A DNA stretch of 40,176 nt from the sequence record SRR31156797_292. One strand, 5' to 3'. Under the pieces are notes generated by a model. That model had not been told where the DNA came from and did no database searches. It saw only the letters and a program-made list of their open reading frames with translations. Within the stretch, counting starts at the first letter, position 1, and each line of letters starts with the position of its first letter. A program made the translations under genes and the position numbers. This document shows positions 26,299 to 35,921 of the stretch, piece by piece.

Positions 26299-27213
26299 TT
26301 ATTCGTTGCTCATCAAACATGAAAGGGCCACACAATAAAACTTTGATTTTGGGCTTTCGCTTCTTGACATTACTACAACAGGTTTTTCTGTTCCCTGGAT
26401 TAATCCGGCTAACTCACCGCCACCAAAAAGCATTAAACCTTTATAGAAACTATTGCATGACTCAAGACTAGGAAACAATAGCACATCGGCATCACCTCCT
26501 ACAGGTGTCTTTACTCCTTTAATTTTCACGCTTTCTTTATCACAAGCCAAAAATACATCAAGCGGGCCATCTACGATACATTTAGCAATTTGGCCTCTTT
26601 GTGCCATCTTACTTATCATAGCATAATCAATACTGTTAGGAAACCCTTCGCTCACTTTCTCTGAAGCTCCAATTAATGCTACCTTTGGATTATCTATGCC
26701 GAATTTATTGGCCATATTCACACTGTAGTTTAGCATTGCTACTTTTTGCTTCAAATCAGGAAAAGGAAGCACGGCAGTATCAGATACAAAGAGTAATTTA
26801 TGATATTTCGGTAATTCAATGGCAGCTACATAACTCATAACTGCTTTTGGAGGTAACAAACCTTCTTCTTTATCTAAAACTGAACGTAGAAACTTATCTG
26901 TTCCCACTAATCCTTTCATCAAAACATCCGCCTCATCATTTTTCACCAATTTACGTGCATAATTTGTGGCCTCTACCTCTCCTTTTACATCTATTATTGT
27001 AAAAATAGTTGGATCAATATTTTGACTTTTAGCTGTTTCTTCAATGGCTTCTTTTGAACCGACCATTATTGCAACCGCAAAACCAGCCTCAACAGCATTT
27101 GCTAATGCACCAATGGTATTAGCATCTTCTGCCATAGCGACAGCAATTCTTTTCTTCATACCTGATTTCTTCAGGTGATCGACCATTTGATCGAGCGACT
27201 TTATTGGATTCAT
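26299..27213 (-). CDS. ptb: Phosphate butyryltransferase-like phosphate acyltransferase (divergent paralog)
   Basis: LMKGLVGTDKFLRSVL, SDTAV.P.PDL.QK, ASEKV, VDGPL, ADVLLFP and VMSRSES. Confidence 0.85.
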   Translation of the reverse strand: MNPIKSLDQMVDHLKKSGMKKRIAVAMAEDANTIGALANAVEAGFAVAIMVGSKEAIEETAKSQNIDPTIFTIIDVKGEVEATNYARKLVKNDEADVLMKGLVGTDKFLRSVLDKEEGLLPPKAVMSYVAAIELPKYHKLLFVSDTAVLPFPDLKQKVAMLNYSVNMANKFGIDNPKVALIGASEKVSEGFPNSIDYAMISKMAQRGQIAKCIVDGPLDVFLACDKESVKIKGVKTPVGGDADVLLFPSLESCNSFYKGLMLFGGGELAGLIQGTEKPVVVMSRSESPKSKFYCVALSCLMSNE

Positions 27214-27225
27214 AAGCTGAAATTA

Positions 27226-27255
27226 GAAAACAAGGGAACCTCTCGATTCCCTTGT
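27226..27255 (-). terminator. Intra-operon hairpin with short T-tract between the two ptb genes
   Basis: Minus strand reads acaagggaatcgagaggttcccttgttttc. Confidence 0.5.
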
Positions 27256-27264
27256 ATTATTATT

Positions 27265-28167
27265 TTATTTTGCCATTAATGCTGCAAGAGCAATGGAGTA
27301 CAACTTTGTTTTTGTACTATCACCGCGTGATGACAACACAGCCGGTACTTTAGCTCCGGCAACAACGGCCCCTAATTCTGAATCTGATAGTTTTGTGCTG
27401 GTTTTATAAAATACATTACCAGCTTCGATATTTGGAAATAACAAGCAATCTGCATCACCAGCTACTTCTCCTGAAATCTTTTTCACTTTTGCAGATTCAG
27501 GATCAACAGCAAGGTCTAATGCCAAAGGCCCGTCTACAATAGCTCCTTTAATCTGACCTCTTTCAGCCATTTTGGATAAAACAGTTGCTTCAGCAGAAGA
27601 TGGTATATTTGGACTTACCTGTTCTGAAGCTGCAATAACAGCCACTTTTGGCGTTTCAACTCCTAATGATTTTGCAGCATGAACCAAATAATTTGTTATT
27701 GCTACTTTTTGCTTTAAATCTGGAAGTGGAATTACAGCCACATCACCAACAACAAGTAATTTGTGGTATTTAGGATTTTCTATCACAGTTACGTGACTTA
27801 AAATCCCTTTAGGAGGCAATAAACCATATTCTTTGTTTAAAATTGCACGCATGTACTTGTCGGTACTTAAAAGTCCCTTCATAAGCACATCACCTTCACC
27901 TGTAGCAACTAATTCAACTGATTTGTTGGCAGCTTCTACATCTGTTGATGTATGAACAATTTTAAACTTATTAATATCAATTCCTTCGCTTTCGCATGTT
28001 TGTTTGATTACAGATTCATCTCCAACCAATATTCCATCAATAAGACCTTTGTCTATTGCCATACTGACAGCACTAATTGTATGAGAGTCATTAGCCCATG
28101 CAGCAACCAGTTTCTTTTTCTCCTGATTTTTCAGGGCATCAAACATTTGTTCGAGCTTCGTAATCAT
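27265..28167 (-). CDS. ptb: Phosphate butyryltransferase
   Basis: LMKGLLST, LSHV, DGPLALDLA, AGDADCLLFPNIEAGN and LSSRGDS...KLYSIALA. Confidence 0.9.
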   Translation of the reverse strand: MITKLEQMFDALKNQEKKKLVAAWANDSHTISAVSMAIDKGLIDGILVGDESVIKQTCESEGIDINKFKIVHTSTDVEAANKSVELVATGEGDVLMKGLLSTDKYMRAILNKEYGLLPPKGILSHVTVIENPKYHKLLVVGDVAVIPLPDLKQKVAITNYLVHAAKSLGVETPKVAVIAASEQVSPNIPSSAEATVLSKMAERGQIKGAIVDGPLALDLAVDPESAKVKKISGEVAGDADCLLFPNIEAGNVFYKTSTKLSDSELGAVVAGAKVPAVLSSRGDSTKTKLYSIALAALMAK

Positions 28168-28190
28168 TTTACTTTGTTTTTGTTTTTAGA

Positions 28191-29393
28191 TTATTTATTT
28201 TCAACAATTCTCATTGTATCCTTGGCAATTACCAACTCTTCGTTTGTTGGCATAACCACCACTTTAACTTTTGAATCATCGGTGCTAATTACAGTTGGCT
28301 TTCCGCGTAGGCCATCATTTTTTGAATGATCAAGCTTAATTCCAAGGTATTCAAGATCACTAGCTACTCCTTTACGAGTTGTGTCAGCATTTTCACCAAT
28401 ACCTCCGGTAAAGATTAAAACATCAAGGCCATTCATAGCAGCTGTATAAGACCCAATATATTTTTTAACTCTATAATCATATGTTTTCAAAGCATTGATA
28501 CATCTTTGATCACCAGCTTCAGCAGCTTCTTCAATGGTGCGCATATCTGAGCTTACACCACTTAGGCCAACCATACCACTATGTTTATTTACAAGTGTAT
28601 TACCCGCACGAAGACCAATTTCTTCTTTTTCCATAATAAACATGAATGCACCAATATCTAAATCACCCGAACGTGTACCCATAATTAAACCTTCCAGGGG
28701 AGTAAATCCCATTGAAGTATCAACAGAACGACCACGATCGATAGCAGCAACAGATGCACCATTTCCCAGGTGACAAGTAATAATTTTACTTTGATCCATT
28801 TCTATGCCAAGCATTTCACATGTTTGTTCAGCCACAAATCGATGACTGGTACCATGGAAACCGTAACGTCTGATTCCATATTTTTCATACAATGCTTGAG
28901 GAATACCATACATATAAGCATATTCAGGCATTGTTTGGTGAAATGAAGTATCAAAAACACCAACTTGCTTTACTTGTGGAATTAATGCTTCAATAGCATA
29001 AATACCTTTAAGGTTTGCTGGATTATGTAGTGGTGCTAGTTCTGCACACTCCTCAATTTTTCCTATTGCTTCTTTTGTAAGTAATGCACTATCTTTAAAG
29101 AACTCACCACCATGTGCCACACGATGACCAACAGCTTTTATTTCATCTAATGATTTGATTGCACCATGCTCTTCACTAAGCAATACACCCAAAATATATT
29201 CGATACCAGTTTGATGATCAAGAATTTCACCCTCAAGCTTTACTTTATCTCCATCATTGCGTTCACTTTTAAGGAATGACCCTTTCAAACCAATCTTCTC
29301 AACTATCCCTTTTACGATAGCTTCTTCAGTTGTCATTTCCAATAATTGGAATTTTATTGATGAACTTCCGCAGTTTAATACTAAAACTTTCAT
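28191..29393 (-). CDS. ackA: Acetate kinase
   Basis: VLNCGSSSIK, GHRVAHGG, APLHNPAN, FDTSFH, YGFHGTSH, HLGNGAS, FTGGIGEN and PTNEEL. Confidence 0.97.
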   Translation of the reverse strand: MKVLVLNCGSSSIKFQLLEMTTEEAIVKGIVEKIGLKGSFLKSERNDGDKVKLEGEILDHQTGIEYILGVLLSEEHGAIKSLDEIKAVGHRVAHGGEFFKDSALLTKEAIGKIEECAELAPLHNPANLKGIYAIEALIPQVKQVGVFDTSFHQTMPEYAYMYGIPQALYEKYGIRRYGFHGTSHRFVAEQTCEMLGIEMDQSKIITCHLGNGASVAAIDRGRSVDTSMGFTPLEGLIMGTRSGDLDIGAFMFIMEKEEIGLRAGNTLVNKHSGMVGLSGVSSDMRTIEEAAEAGDQRCINALKTYDYRVKKYIGSYTAAMNGLDVLIFTGGIGENADTTRKGVASDLEYLGIKLDHSKNDGLRGKPTVISTDDSKVKVVVMPTNEELVIAKDTMRIVENK

Positions 29394-29417
29394 TATATGC
29401 TGATTTTACTTTTATTA

Positions 29418-30398
29418 TTAATTATGAGTATTTGCGTCTAGATTTGTGATATTTAATTTTTTACCATGCTCATCATATTCATAAAACCCTTTATGTGTTT
29501 TACGTCCAAGATAACCGGCACGTACTAAACGCTTTAAGAATGGAGGTGACTTATATTTTTGGTCTCCAAATTCTTCATATAAATTGTCCATCCAACGAAT
29601 AACGCGGTCTAAACCAATTTTATCAGCCATTTCAAAAGGTCCTAACGGCATACCAAGGCCATTTTTCATTGTAAAATCAATACTTTCCATATCAGCTACT
29701 CGCTCCATTAACACATCACAAGCCTCGCTAATAAACGAAACAAATAGACGTGCTGTAACTAATCCAGGTGATTCTTGCACATGAATTGCTGTTTTACCGA
29801 TAAGTTTTGAAAACTTCCTCACATTTTCACAAACCTCTGTAGAAGTATGCAATCCTTTTACAATTTCAATTGTACTTGCTTCCGGAGCAGTAGTCGAAAT
29901 ATGTAGGCTAATACAACGATCTTTATGCTCTAATTCAGAAGAAAGTTCTGTAATTACTAATGTTGTAGAGTTTGTTGCAATTATAGCATGTGAAGAAACA
30001 TGCTTTTCAATATTTTTAAATACTTCTTTCCTAATATCAACCGACTCTTCTCTTGTACGTGAAAGAATTGATTCAATTACCAGATCACAATTTTTAAAAT
30101 CCGCATAATCAAGCGTGCCTTTTATACGTGATAGGATGCTACGTTTATCACCTTCAGTCATACCCCAGTGATTGATGCGATTATCAAGTTCTTCAGTAAT
30201 TTCAGTAAATGCCTGATCAATTTTATTTTGATTAAGCTCTAGAAAAACCACCTCAATACCCTTACTGGCAACCATTAAAGCAATACGCTGACCCGTATTT
30301 CCACAACCTACAATACCGATTGTAGCAAACTGACTTTTTGGTTTGGATTTTTCACTTAAACCATATTTTTCAATAGGTTCAATTTTTAATTCCGACAT
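29418..30398 (-). CDS. 3-hydroxyacyl-CoA dehydrogenase family protein with atypical active-site motifs
   Basis: Rossmann GIVGCGNTG, CDLVIE, PLGPFEMADKIGLD and GYLGRKTHKGFYEY. Confidence 0.85.
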   Translation of the reverse strand: MSELKIEPIEKYGLSEKSKPKSQFATIGIVGCGNTGQRIALMVASKGIEVVFLELNQNKIDQAFTEITEELDNRINHWGMTEGDKRSILSRIKGTLDYADFKNCDLVIESILSRTREESVDIRKEVFKNIEKHVSSHAIIATNSTTLVITELSSELEHKDRCISLHISTTAPEASTIEIVKGLHTSTEVCENVRKFSKLIGKTAIHVQESPGLVTARLFVSFISEACDVLMERVADMESIDFTMKNGLGMPLGPFEMADKIGLDRVIRWMDNLYEEFGDQKYKSPPFLKRLVRAGYLGRKTHKGFYEYDEHGKKLNITNLDANTHN

Positions 30399-30441
30399 AG
30401 GATTCGAATTTTATTGTTATTGTTTGATTTATTTAAGCATA

Positions 30442-30474
30442 AATGGCAGTGTAAGCTATTGCTCACCTGCCATT
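30442..30474. other. Intergenic stem-loop between pta and the hbd-like gene
   Basis: aatggcag (30442-30449) pairs with ctgccatt (30467-30474), with a partly paired interior. Confidence 0.5.
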
Positions 30475-30529
30475 CTATATATTTTCATATCACTATTTCT
30501 AATATCATCTAATATCAGGTTTCTACAAG

Positions 30530-31537
30530 TTAGTTTTTCTCGCTTGCAGCCTGGTTTACTGTTATTGCAACCAAATTAACGATATCACTTACAGAACATC
30601 CTCTTGACAAGTCATTAATTGGAGCTGCCATACCTTGCAATACAGGCCCAATTGCTTCAGCTTTTGCAAGACGTTGAACTAATTTATATGCAATATTTCC
30701 GGTTTCTAAAGTAGGAAACACCAACACATTTGCCTTTCCAGCAATTTCACTTCCCGGTGCTTTTTTCTGCCCAATAGCTGGTATAATTGCAGCATCAGAC
30801 TGCAGTTCACCATCAATTTTTAAATGAGGAGCTTTCTCTTGTGCTATTTTTGTTGCTTCAACTACTTTATCAACCATTTCATGTTTAGCACTACCTTTTG
30901 TTGAGAAAGAAAGCATTGCAATGCGTGGTTCAAAACCTGCAATTGCTTTAGTTGTTTCACCTGAAGCTACCGCAATTTCTGCTAACTCCTGTGCTGAAGG
31001 GTTTGGATGCACAGCACAATCTGCAAATGTGATAATTCCATCTTCACCAAATGATTTATTATCAACAATCATAAAGAAAGCGCCTGAAACAACACTTATT
31101 CCGGGTTTAGTCTTAACAATTTGGAAAGCTGGACGAAGTACATCGCCAGTAGCATTATCAGCTCCTGCAACCTCACCATCAGCATCTCCATTTTTTATCA
31201 TCATTACTGCCAAATACAACGGGTCATTCAATAACTCAGCAGCTGCCTCACGAGTCAATCCTTTATTCTTGCGTATTTCAACAAGCATATCGATATATAA
31301 ATCACGTTTTTCATGATCTAAAGGATTAACAATTTTAGCTTTATCAATACTTGAAAAACCTCCTTCAGCAGCCATCTTATTGATGGTATCAGGGTTTCCA
31401 ATTAAGATAATATCAGCTATTCCCTCTTCAATTAAAATATTAGCCGCTTCTAAAGTTCTGGGTTCTGTTCCTTCGGGCAGAACAATTCGCTGTTTATTTT
31501 CTTTTGCTTTTGTTTTAATTTTCGAAATAAAATCCAT
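30530..31537 (-). CDS. pta: Phosphate acetyltransferase
   Basis: RIVLPEG, FADCAV.PNP, AMLSFSTKGSA, DGELQ.DAA, GNIAYKL and PINDLSRGCS. Confidence 0.97.
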   Translation of the reverse strand: MDFISKIKTKAKENKQRIVLPEGTEPRTLEAANILIEEGIADIILIGNPDTINKMAAEGGFSSIDKAKIVNPLDHEKRDLYIDMLVEIRKNKGLTREAAAELLNDPLYLAVMMIKNGDADGEVAGADNATGDVLRPAFQIVKTKPGISVVSGAFFMIVDNKSFGEDGIITFADCAVHPNPSAQELAEIAVASGETTKAIAGFEPRIAMLSFSTKGSAKHEMVDKVVEATKIAQEKAPHLKIDGELQSDAAIIPAIGQKKAPGSEIAGKANVLVFPTLETGNIAYKLVQRLAKAEAIGPVLQGMAAPINDLSRGCSVSDIVNLVAITVNQAASEKN

Positions 31538-31574
31538 TGTAAATCAGTATTTTAAGGCACATTTCACAAAGCAC

Positions 31575-31582
31575 CAAAGATA
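31575..31582 (-). promoter_or_regulatory. Bacteroidota -7 promoter element for the pta operon
   Basis: TATCTTTG on the minus strand, 37 bp upstream of the pta start. Confidence 0.6.
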
Positions 31583-31851
31583 GTAAATATTTTATGTTTA
31601 ATAATTGATTCCGAGGAAAATTTATCGGTTATAAAACATGTTTTATATCAACTTTTAAACCAAAGAGATGCAAAGCTTTGAAAATAATAAATTGGAGTTT
31701 TTGATCTTTAATTAAGACCTATTGCAAACATCATATTTACAACATATTATTACTAATTACATTAACTAATATATAATCATTCAAAATAATCTGATTCAAT
31801 CTATTTTTTGTCATTACCTTTTTTCTTCTTTTCTTGCATGACTTTTTCAAA

Positions 31852-32742
31852 ATGAATACACGAACCGACAATAGGAAAGCTATACTTTTAGCCTTGGTAG
31901 CCACTTTTTTTTGGTCAACAGTTGCTAGCGCTTTTGAATTTGGACTAAGATCACTCTCTCCGGTTCAATTTCTCGCATGGGTTATTGCTACAGCCTGGGT
32001 TATATTGACTGTTATAGGATTGATTCGGAAAACTTTTCAGAAAAAAATAAATGGTAGAATTATTCTACTTTCTGTTGCGGGAGGTATACTAAATCCTTTT
32101 TTATATTACCTGGTGTTATTCAACGCATATGATCAATTGCCAGCACAAATTGCACAATCCCTAAACTACACATGGCCAATTGTGTTGGTCATTTTCTCGG
32201 CCATTTTTCTCAAACAAGCTTTTAGACCATTGTTATTTTTAGGCATGCTTGTTTCACTAGGTGGAGTGATTGTTATTTCCTATGGAAGTATACAATCAGA
32301 GCTGGATGTAACAGTTACAGGGATTATTTTGGCTACAGGAAGTAGTTTAATTTGGGCATCATATTGGATCATTAATAAATTAGGGAACAGTGATCCAATA
32401 CAACAAATTTGGTTGAATTTCACAGTAGCTTTAATTTTAATTGTCCCTTATGCATATTTCACTGAAGGTATCAAATTGCCAGATATCTCAGGATGGTTAT
32501 CGATAACTTATGCAGCACTTTTTGAGATGGCCCTAACATTTGTAATATGGTTAACTGCTATGAAGCTAGCTAGTTCAACGGACAAAATCAGTCACTACAT
32601 TTACATTTCTCCATTCCTTTCTCTTGTATTTATAAACGTGCTTTTGGACGAACCAATTTTAAAATCGACAGTCCTTGGGTTAGGGTTAATAATTATAGGA
32701 ATATTGTGGGCGGAATATATTAACAAGCCACGAAAACAATAG
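31852..32742 (+). CDS. DMT/EamA family transporter
   Basis: About 10 TM segments; FWSTVASAF and AQIAQSLNYTWP. ATG 31852 preferred over the TTG at 31834. Confidence 0.9.
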   Translation: MNTRTDNRKAILLALVATFFWSTVASAFEFGLRSLSPVQFLAWVIATAWVILTVIGLIRKTFQKKINGRIILLSVAGGILNPFLYYLVLFNAYDQLPAQIAQSLNYTWPIVLVIFSAIFLKQAFRPLLFLGMLVSLGGVIVISYGSIQSELDVTVTGIILATGSSLIWASYWIINKLGNSDPIQQIWLNFTVALILIVPYAYFTEGIKLPDISGWLSITYAALFEMALTFVIWLTAMKLASSTDKISHYIYISPFLSLVFINVLLDEPILKSTVLGLGLIIIGILWAEYINKPRKQ

Positions 32743-32810
32743 CTCTCAGAGACTTACAAAAAAAATCATTTGTTAACGATTATTATTTATCAGGTTAATA
32801 AAATTATCGC

Positions 32811-32818
32811 TATTTTTG
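32811..32818 (+). promoter_or_regulatory. Bacteroidota -7 promoter element
   Basis: TATTTTTG 31 bp upstream of ATG 32850. Confidence 0.5.
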
Positions 32819-32849
32819 ATTAATCAGGAAATCGTAAAATTATAACGTT

Positions 32850-34400
32850 ATGGTTACAGAGAATGATACCCAACAATTGGAAAGACAGGGAATAAGCAAA
32901 AAAGAAATTGAAAAACAGTTAGACCGATTTAAAAAAGGTTACCCACAACTGAACATTGTTGCTCCTGCAACTCCTGAAAATGGAATCAGACAGTTCAATG
33001 AAGAAGAAAAAGAAAAATTCACTACCCTATATCAAAAGAAAAGCAAAAATGCCAGTATAACAAAATTTGTTCCTGCAAGTGGTGCAGCCAGCAGGATGTT
33101 CAAAAAAATATTTGAAGTACTGGATGCTTATGACGGTTCTGAAGAAAAATATCTTGAAATGCTGACAGATCGTTCAGCTAATTCAATTTATACTTTGGTT
33201 GAAAACATTCATGAATTTGCCTTTTATCGTGATCTTGCGCAAATATGCAAAGAGAAAGGTGAATGCATTGATTCAAAATTTGAAAAAAAAGATTATGCCG
33301 GAGCACTAGATTTATTAGTTTCAGAGCGTGGTTTAAATTACGGTCATTACCCAAAAGGACTGATTAAGTTTCACAAATATAAAAATGAATCACGCACAGC
33401 TTTAGAGGAGCATTTAGTAGAGGGTGCCATGTATGCAGCTAGTAAAAAAACAGTAAATATTCATTTTACCATATCCCCTGAATTTCAATATGATTTTGAA
33501 AAGCATGTAAAAAATGTAACCCCTATTTATGAAGAGCGCTTTGGTGTAACTTATAATATCGAGTTTTCTAACCAAAAAAAATACACAGATACTGTTGCTG
33601 TTGATCTTGAAAATAAATTAGTAAGAAATGATGAAAACGAAATTATGTTCAGACCCGGTGGTCATGGTTCATTAATTGAAAATCTTAACGAAATTGACGC
33701 TGACCTCATTTTCATCAAAAATATCGATAACGTTGTAACTGACAGACTTAAGCATATCACCGTTCAATACAAAGAGTTACTTGGTGGAGTTCTTTTCGAA
33801 GAAAAAGAAAAAATATACAACTACCTTGAAAAACTTAATGGAAAAGAAGAACTTAATGACTCTTACTTAACTAAGATTGCCAATTTCTGTCAAAATGAAT
33901 TAAATATTGACATTCCGGAAAACTTCAAAAAGCTCGGCAACAATGAGCGAATTGATTTATTAAAAACAAAACTTAATCGTCCAATCAGGGTTTGCGGAAT
34001 GGTTAAAAACGAAGATGAGCCAGGTGGCGGCCCATTTTGGGTAGAAAGTAAAGCAGGTGAGAAAAGTCTGCAAATAGTTGAAAGCTCTCAATTTGACACC
34101 AAGGACAAAACGCAAATGAAAGTTTTCAATGCTGCCACACATTTCAATCCTGTAGATATTGCATGTGCAACAAAGAATTTCAAAGGAGAAAAATTTGATT
34201 TAACTAAATTCGTAGATATTGAAACCGGCTTTATTTCCGAAAAGAGTTTAAAAGGAAAAACAATAAAAGCCCTAGAGCATCCAGGATTGTGGAATGGTGC
34301 CATGGCTGATTGGATCACGCTTTTTGTGGAAGTACCAATGGAAACATTTAACCCTGTGAAAGTTATAAACGATTTACTTAGAAAAGAACATAGATTTTGA
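32850..34400 (+). CDS. DUF4301 family protein
   Basis: KFVPASGAASRMFK, PKGL..FH, EEHLVEG, FRPGGHG, KNIDNV, RVCGMV, GGGPFW, HFNPVD and PGLWNGAM. Confidence 0.88.
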   Translation: MVTENDTQQLERQGISKKEIEKQLDRFKKGYPQLNIVAPATPENGIRQFNEEEKEKFTTLYQKKSKNASITKFVPASGAASRMFKKIFEVLDAYDGSEEKYLEMLTDRSANSIYTLVENIHEFAFYRDLAQICKEKGECIDSKFEKKDYAGALDLLVSERGLNYGHYPKGLIKFHKYKNESRTALEEHLVEGAMYAASKKTVNIHFTISPEFQYDFEKHVKNVTPIYEERFGVTYNIEFSNQKKYTDTVAVDLENKLVRNDENEIMFRPGGHGSLIENLNEIDADLIFIKNIDNVVTDRLKHITVQYKELLGGVLFEEKEKIYNYLEKLNGKEELNDSYLTKIANFCQNELNIDIPENFKKLGNNERIDLLKTKLNRPIRVCGMVKNEDEPGGGPFWVESKAGEKSLQIVESSQFDTKDKTQMKVFNAATHFNPVDIACATKNFKGEKFDLTKFVDIETGFISEKSLKGKTIKALEHPGLWNGAMADWITLFVEVPMETFNPVKVINDLLRKEHRF

Positions 34401-34482
34401 TTGTAATCATAAAATAAAGTATAATTTCGCACACTTTTAGAAACACTATTAGTGTTTGAAACTTTTTTGAATACCAATTTAT

Positions 34483-35898
34483 ATGTTAAACTCACCCGGC
34501 TTTTTAGGATTTGATGATGATTTCGGAAAACTTCTGAAACAATTTGAAGATATGCTCTCATCAAAAAAGTCAAGCTATTTTGATGTGGAAGTATTTTCTG
34601 AAATAATCAGTTATCTTATTGAAACTAACCAAAAAGATAAGGCAAAACAAGCCATTAAAATCGGATTGCTTCAGCATCCTAATTCTGATGAGCTAATGCT
34701 TAAAAATGCCCAATTCAATATTCTAACCCAAAACTTCCAAAAAGCCAACCATTTACTAAAACAGCTACTCAATAGAGATGGAGCCAATGCTGAAATCTAT
34801 TATTTATTTGGTCAATTAAAGCTAGCTGCCAATAAACTATCCAAAGCCATCAAATATTTTGATGCAGCTCTAGACTTAGCTGATTTCGATGAAAAAGCTA
34901 CACTTCTATACCTCATTACTGATGATTTAATGGATAAAGGAGAATATCATCCAGCCATCAATTATTTGCATGAAGTTTTAGAAATAGACCGATACGATTT
35001 TGAAGCCCTCATCGATTTAGGAACTTGTTATAAAGAACTTGATTTGGTTGACAAAGCCATTGAAGAATATAATAACTATTTGGATCGGGATACATTCAAC
35101 GAAATGATTTGGTACCAATTAGGCACTCTGTATGAACATCAAAACATGGACAAAGAAGCGTTGGATGCTTATGAGTTTGCCGCGGCTATAGAACCCGAAT
35201 ACAGCTCTGCATACTTCAGTATTGCGCTGATTTACAGTAAAAATGAAAATTACACCAAAGCTATTCATTACCTTGAAGAGCTCATTATACACGAAAAGAA
35301 TAACTTACATGCATATTTCTATCTGGCAGAAAGTTATTTTCAGATAGGGCAAATAGAAAAGGCAATGACTAATTTCGAAAAAACTATAGCCATTGAACCT
35401 GATTTTGCCGATGCATGGTTTGGAATAGGTGAAATTTACTACAATGAAAATCGCATTGCCGAAAGCCTTGTATACATTCGTAAAGCTATAAAATACGATC
35501 CGGATGAGCCATTATTCTGGCTCCGACTAGCTATGATTCAGCAGAACTTAAAATACTTAAAATATGCCATTCGGTCATTTCAAAAAGTAATTAGTTTAGA
35601 TCCTTATGACGAACGCGCTAATGTGCATTTAGCTGAATGCTATTTTGAAATGAAAGACTATAGTAATGTTATTATTGCTTGCGACAAATCATTGCAAAAA
35701 TTCAATGCCGCTGCACTTTACTTCTTAAAAGGAGCTGCATATCTTGAAATAAACAAATCTGATTTGGGTTTAAAAACAATTGAAGAAGGTTTAAAAATTG
35801 AATTTGATGCCTTCGATAACTTCGTATACTTCTACCCAAAAATACTTAGCTTTGATGCTGTAAAAAAACTGATTAACAGTTTTCAATCTGACAAATAA
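34483..35898 (+). CDS. Tetratricopeptide repeat protein
   Basis: Many 34-aa TPR units, e.g. AWFGIGEIYYNENRIAESLVYIRKAIKYDPDEP. Confidence 0.92.
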   Translation: MLNSPGFLGFDDDFGKLLKQFEDMLSSKKSSYFDVEVFSEIISYLIETNQKDKAKQAIKIGLLQHPNSDELMLKNAQFNILTQNFQKANHLLKQLLNRDGANAEIYYLFGQLKLAANKLSKAIKYFDAALDLADFDEKATLLYLITDDLMDKGEYHPAINYLHEVLEIDRYDFEALIDLGTCYKELDLVDKAIEEYNNYLDRDTFNEMIWYQLGTLYEHQNMDKEALDAYEFAAAIEPEYSSAYFSIALIYSKNENYTKAIHYLEELIIHEKNNLHAYFYLAESYFQIGQIEKAMTNFEKTIAIEPDFADAWFGIGEIYYNENRIAESLVYIRKAIKYDPDEPLFWLRLAMIQQNLKYLKYAIRSFQKVISLDPYDERANVHLAECYFEMKDYSNVIIACDKSLQKFNAAALYFLKGAAYLEINKSDLGLKTIEEGLKIEFDAFDNFVYFYPKILSFDAVKKLINSFQSDK

Positions 35899-35921
35899 AA
35901 CCGTAGCTTAAAAATTATGGT

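Noticed and set aside
25189-30398. Complete acetyl-CoA-to-butyrate pathway
   Set aside because: Thiolase, crotonase and butyryl-CoA dehydrogenase/Etf genes are absent from the window, and the Hbd-like protein is atypical.
34088-34573. 161-aa minus-strand ORF
   Set aside because: Antisense shadow of the DUF4301 and TPR genes with no recognisable motifs.
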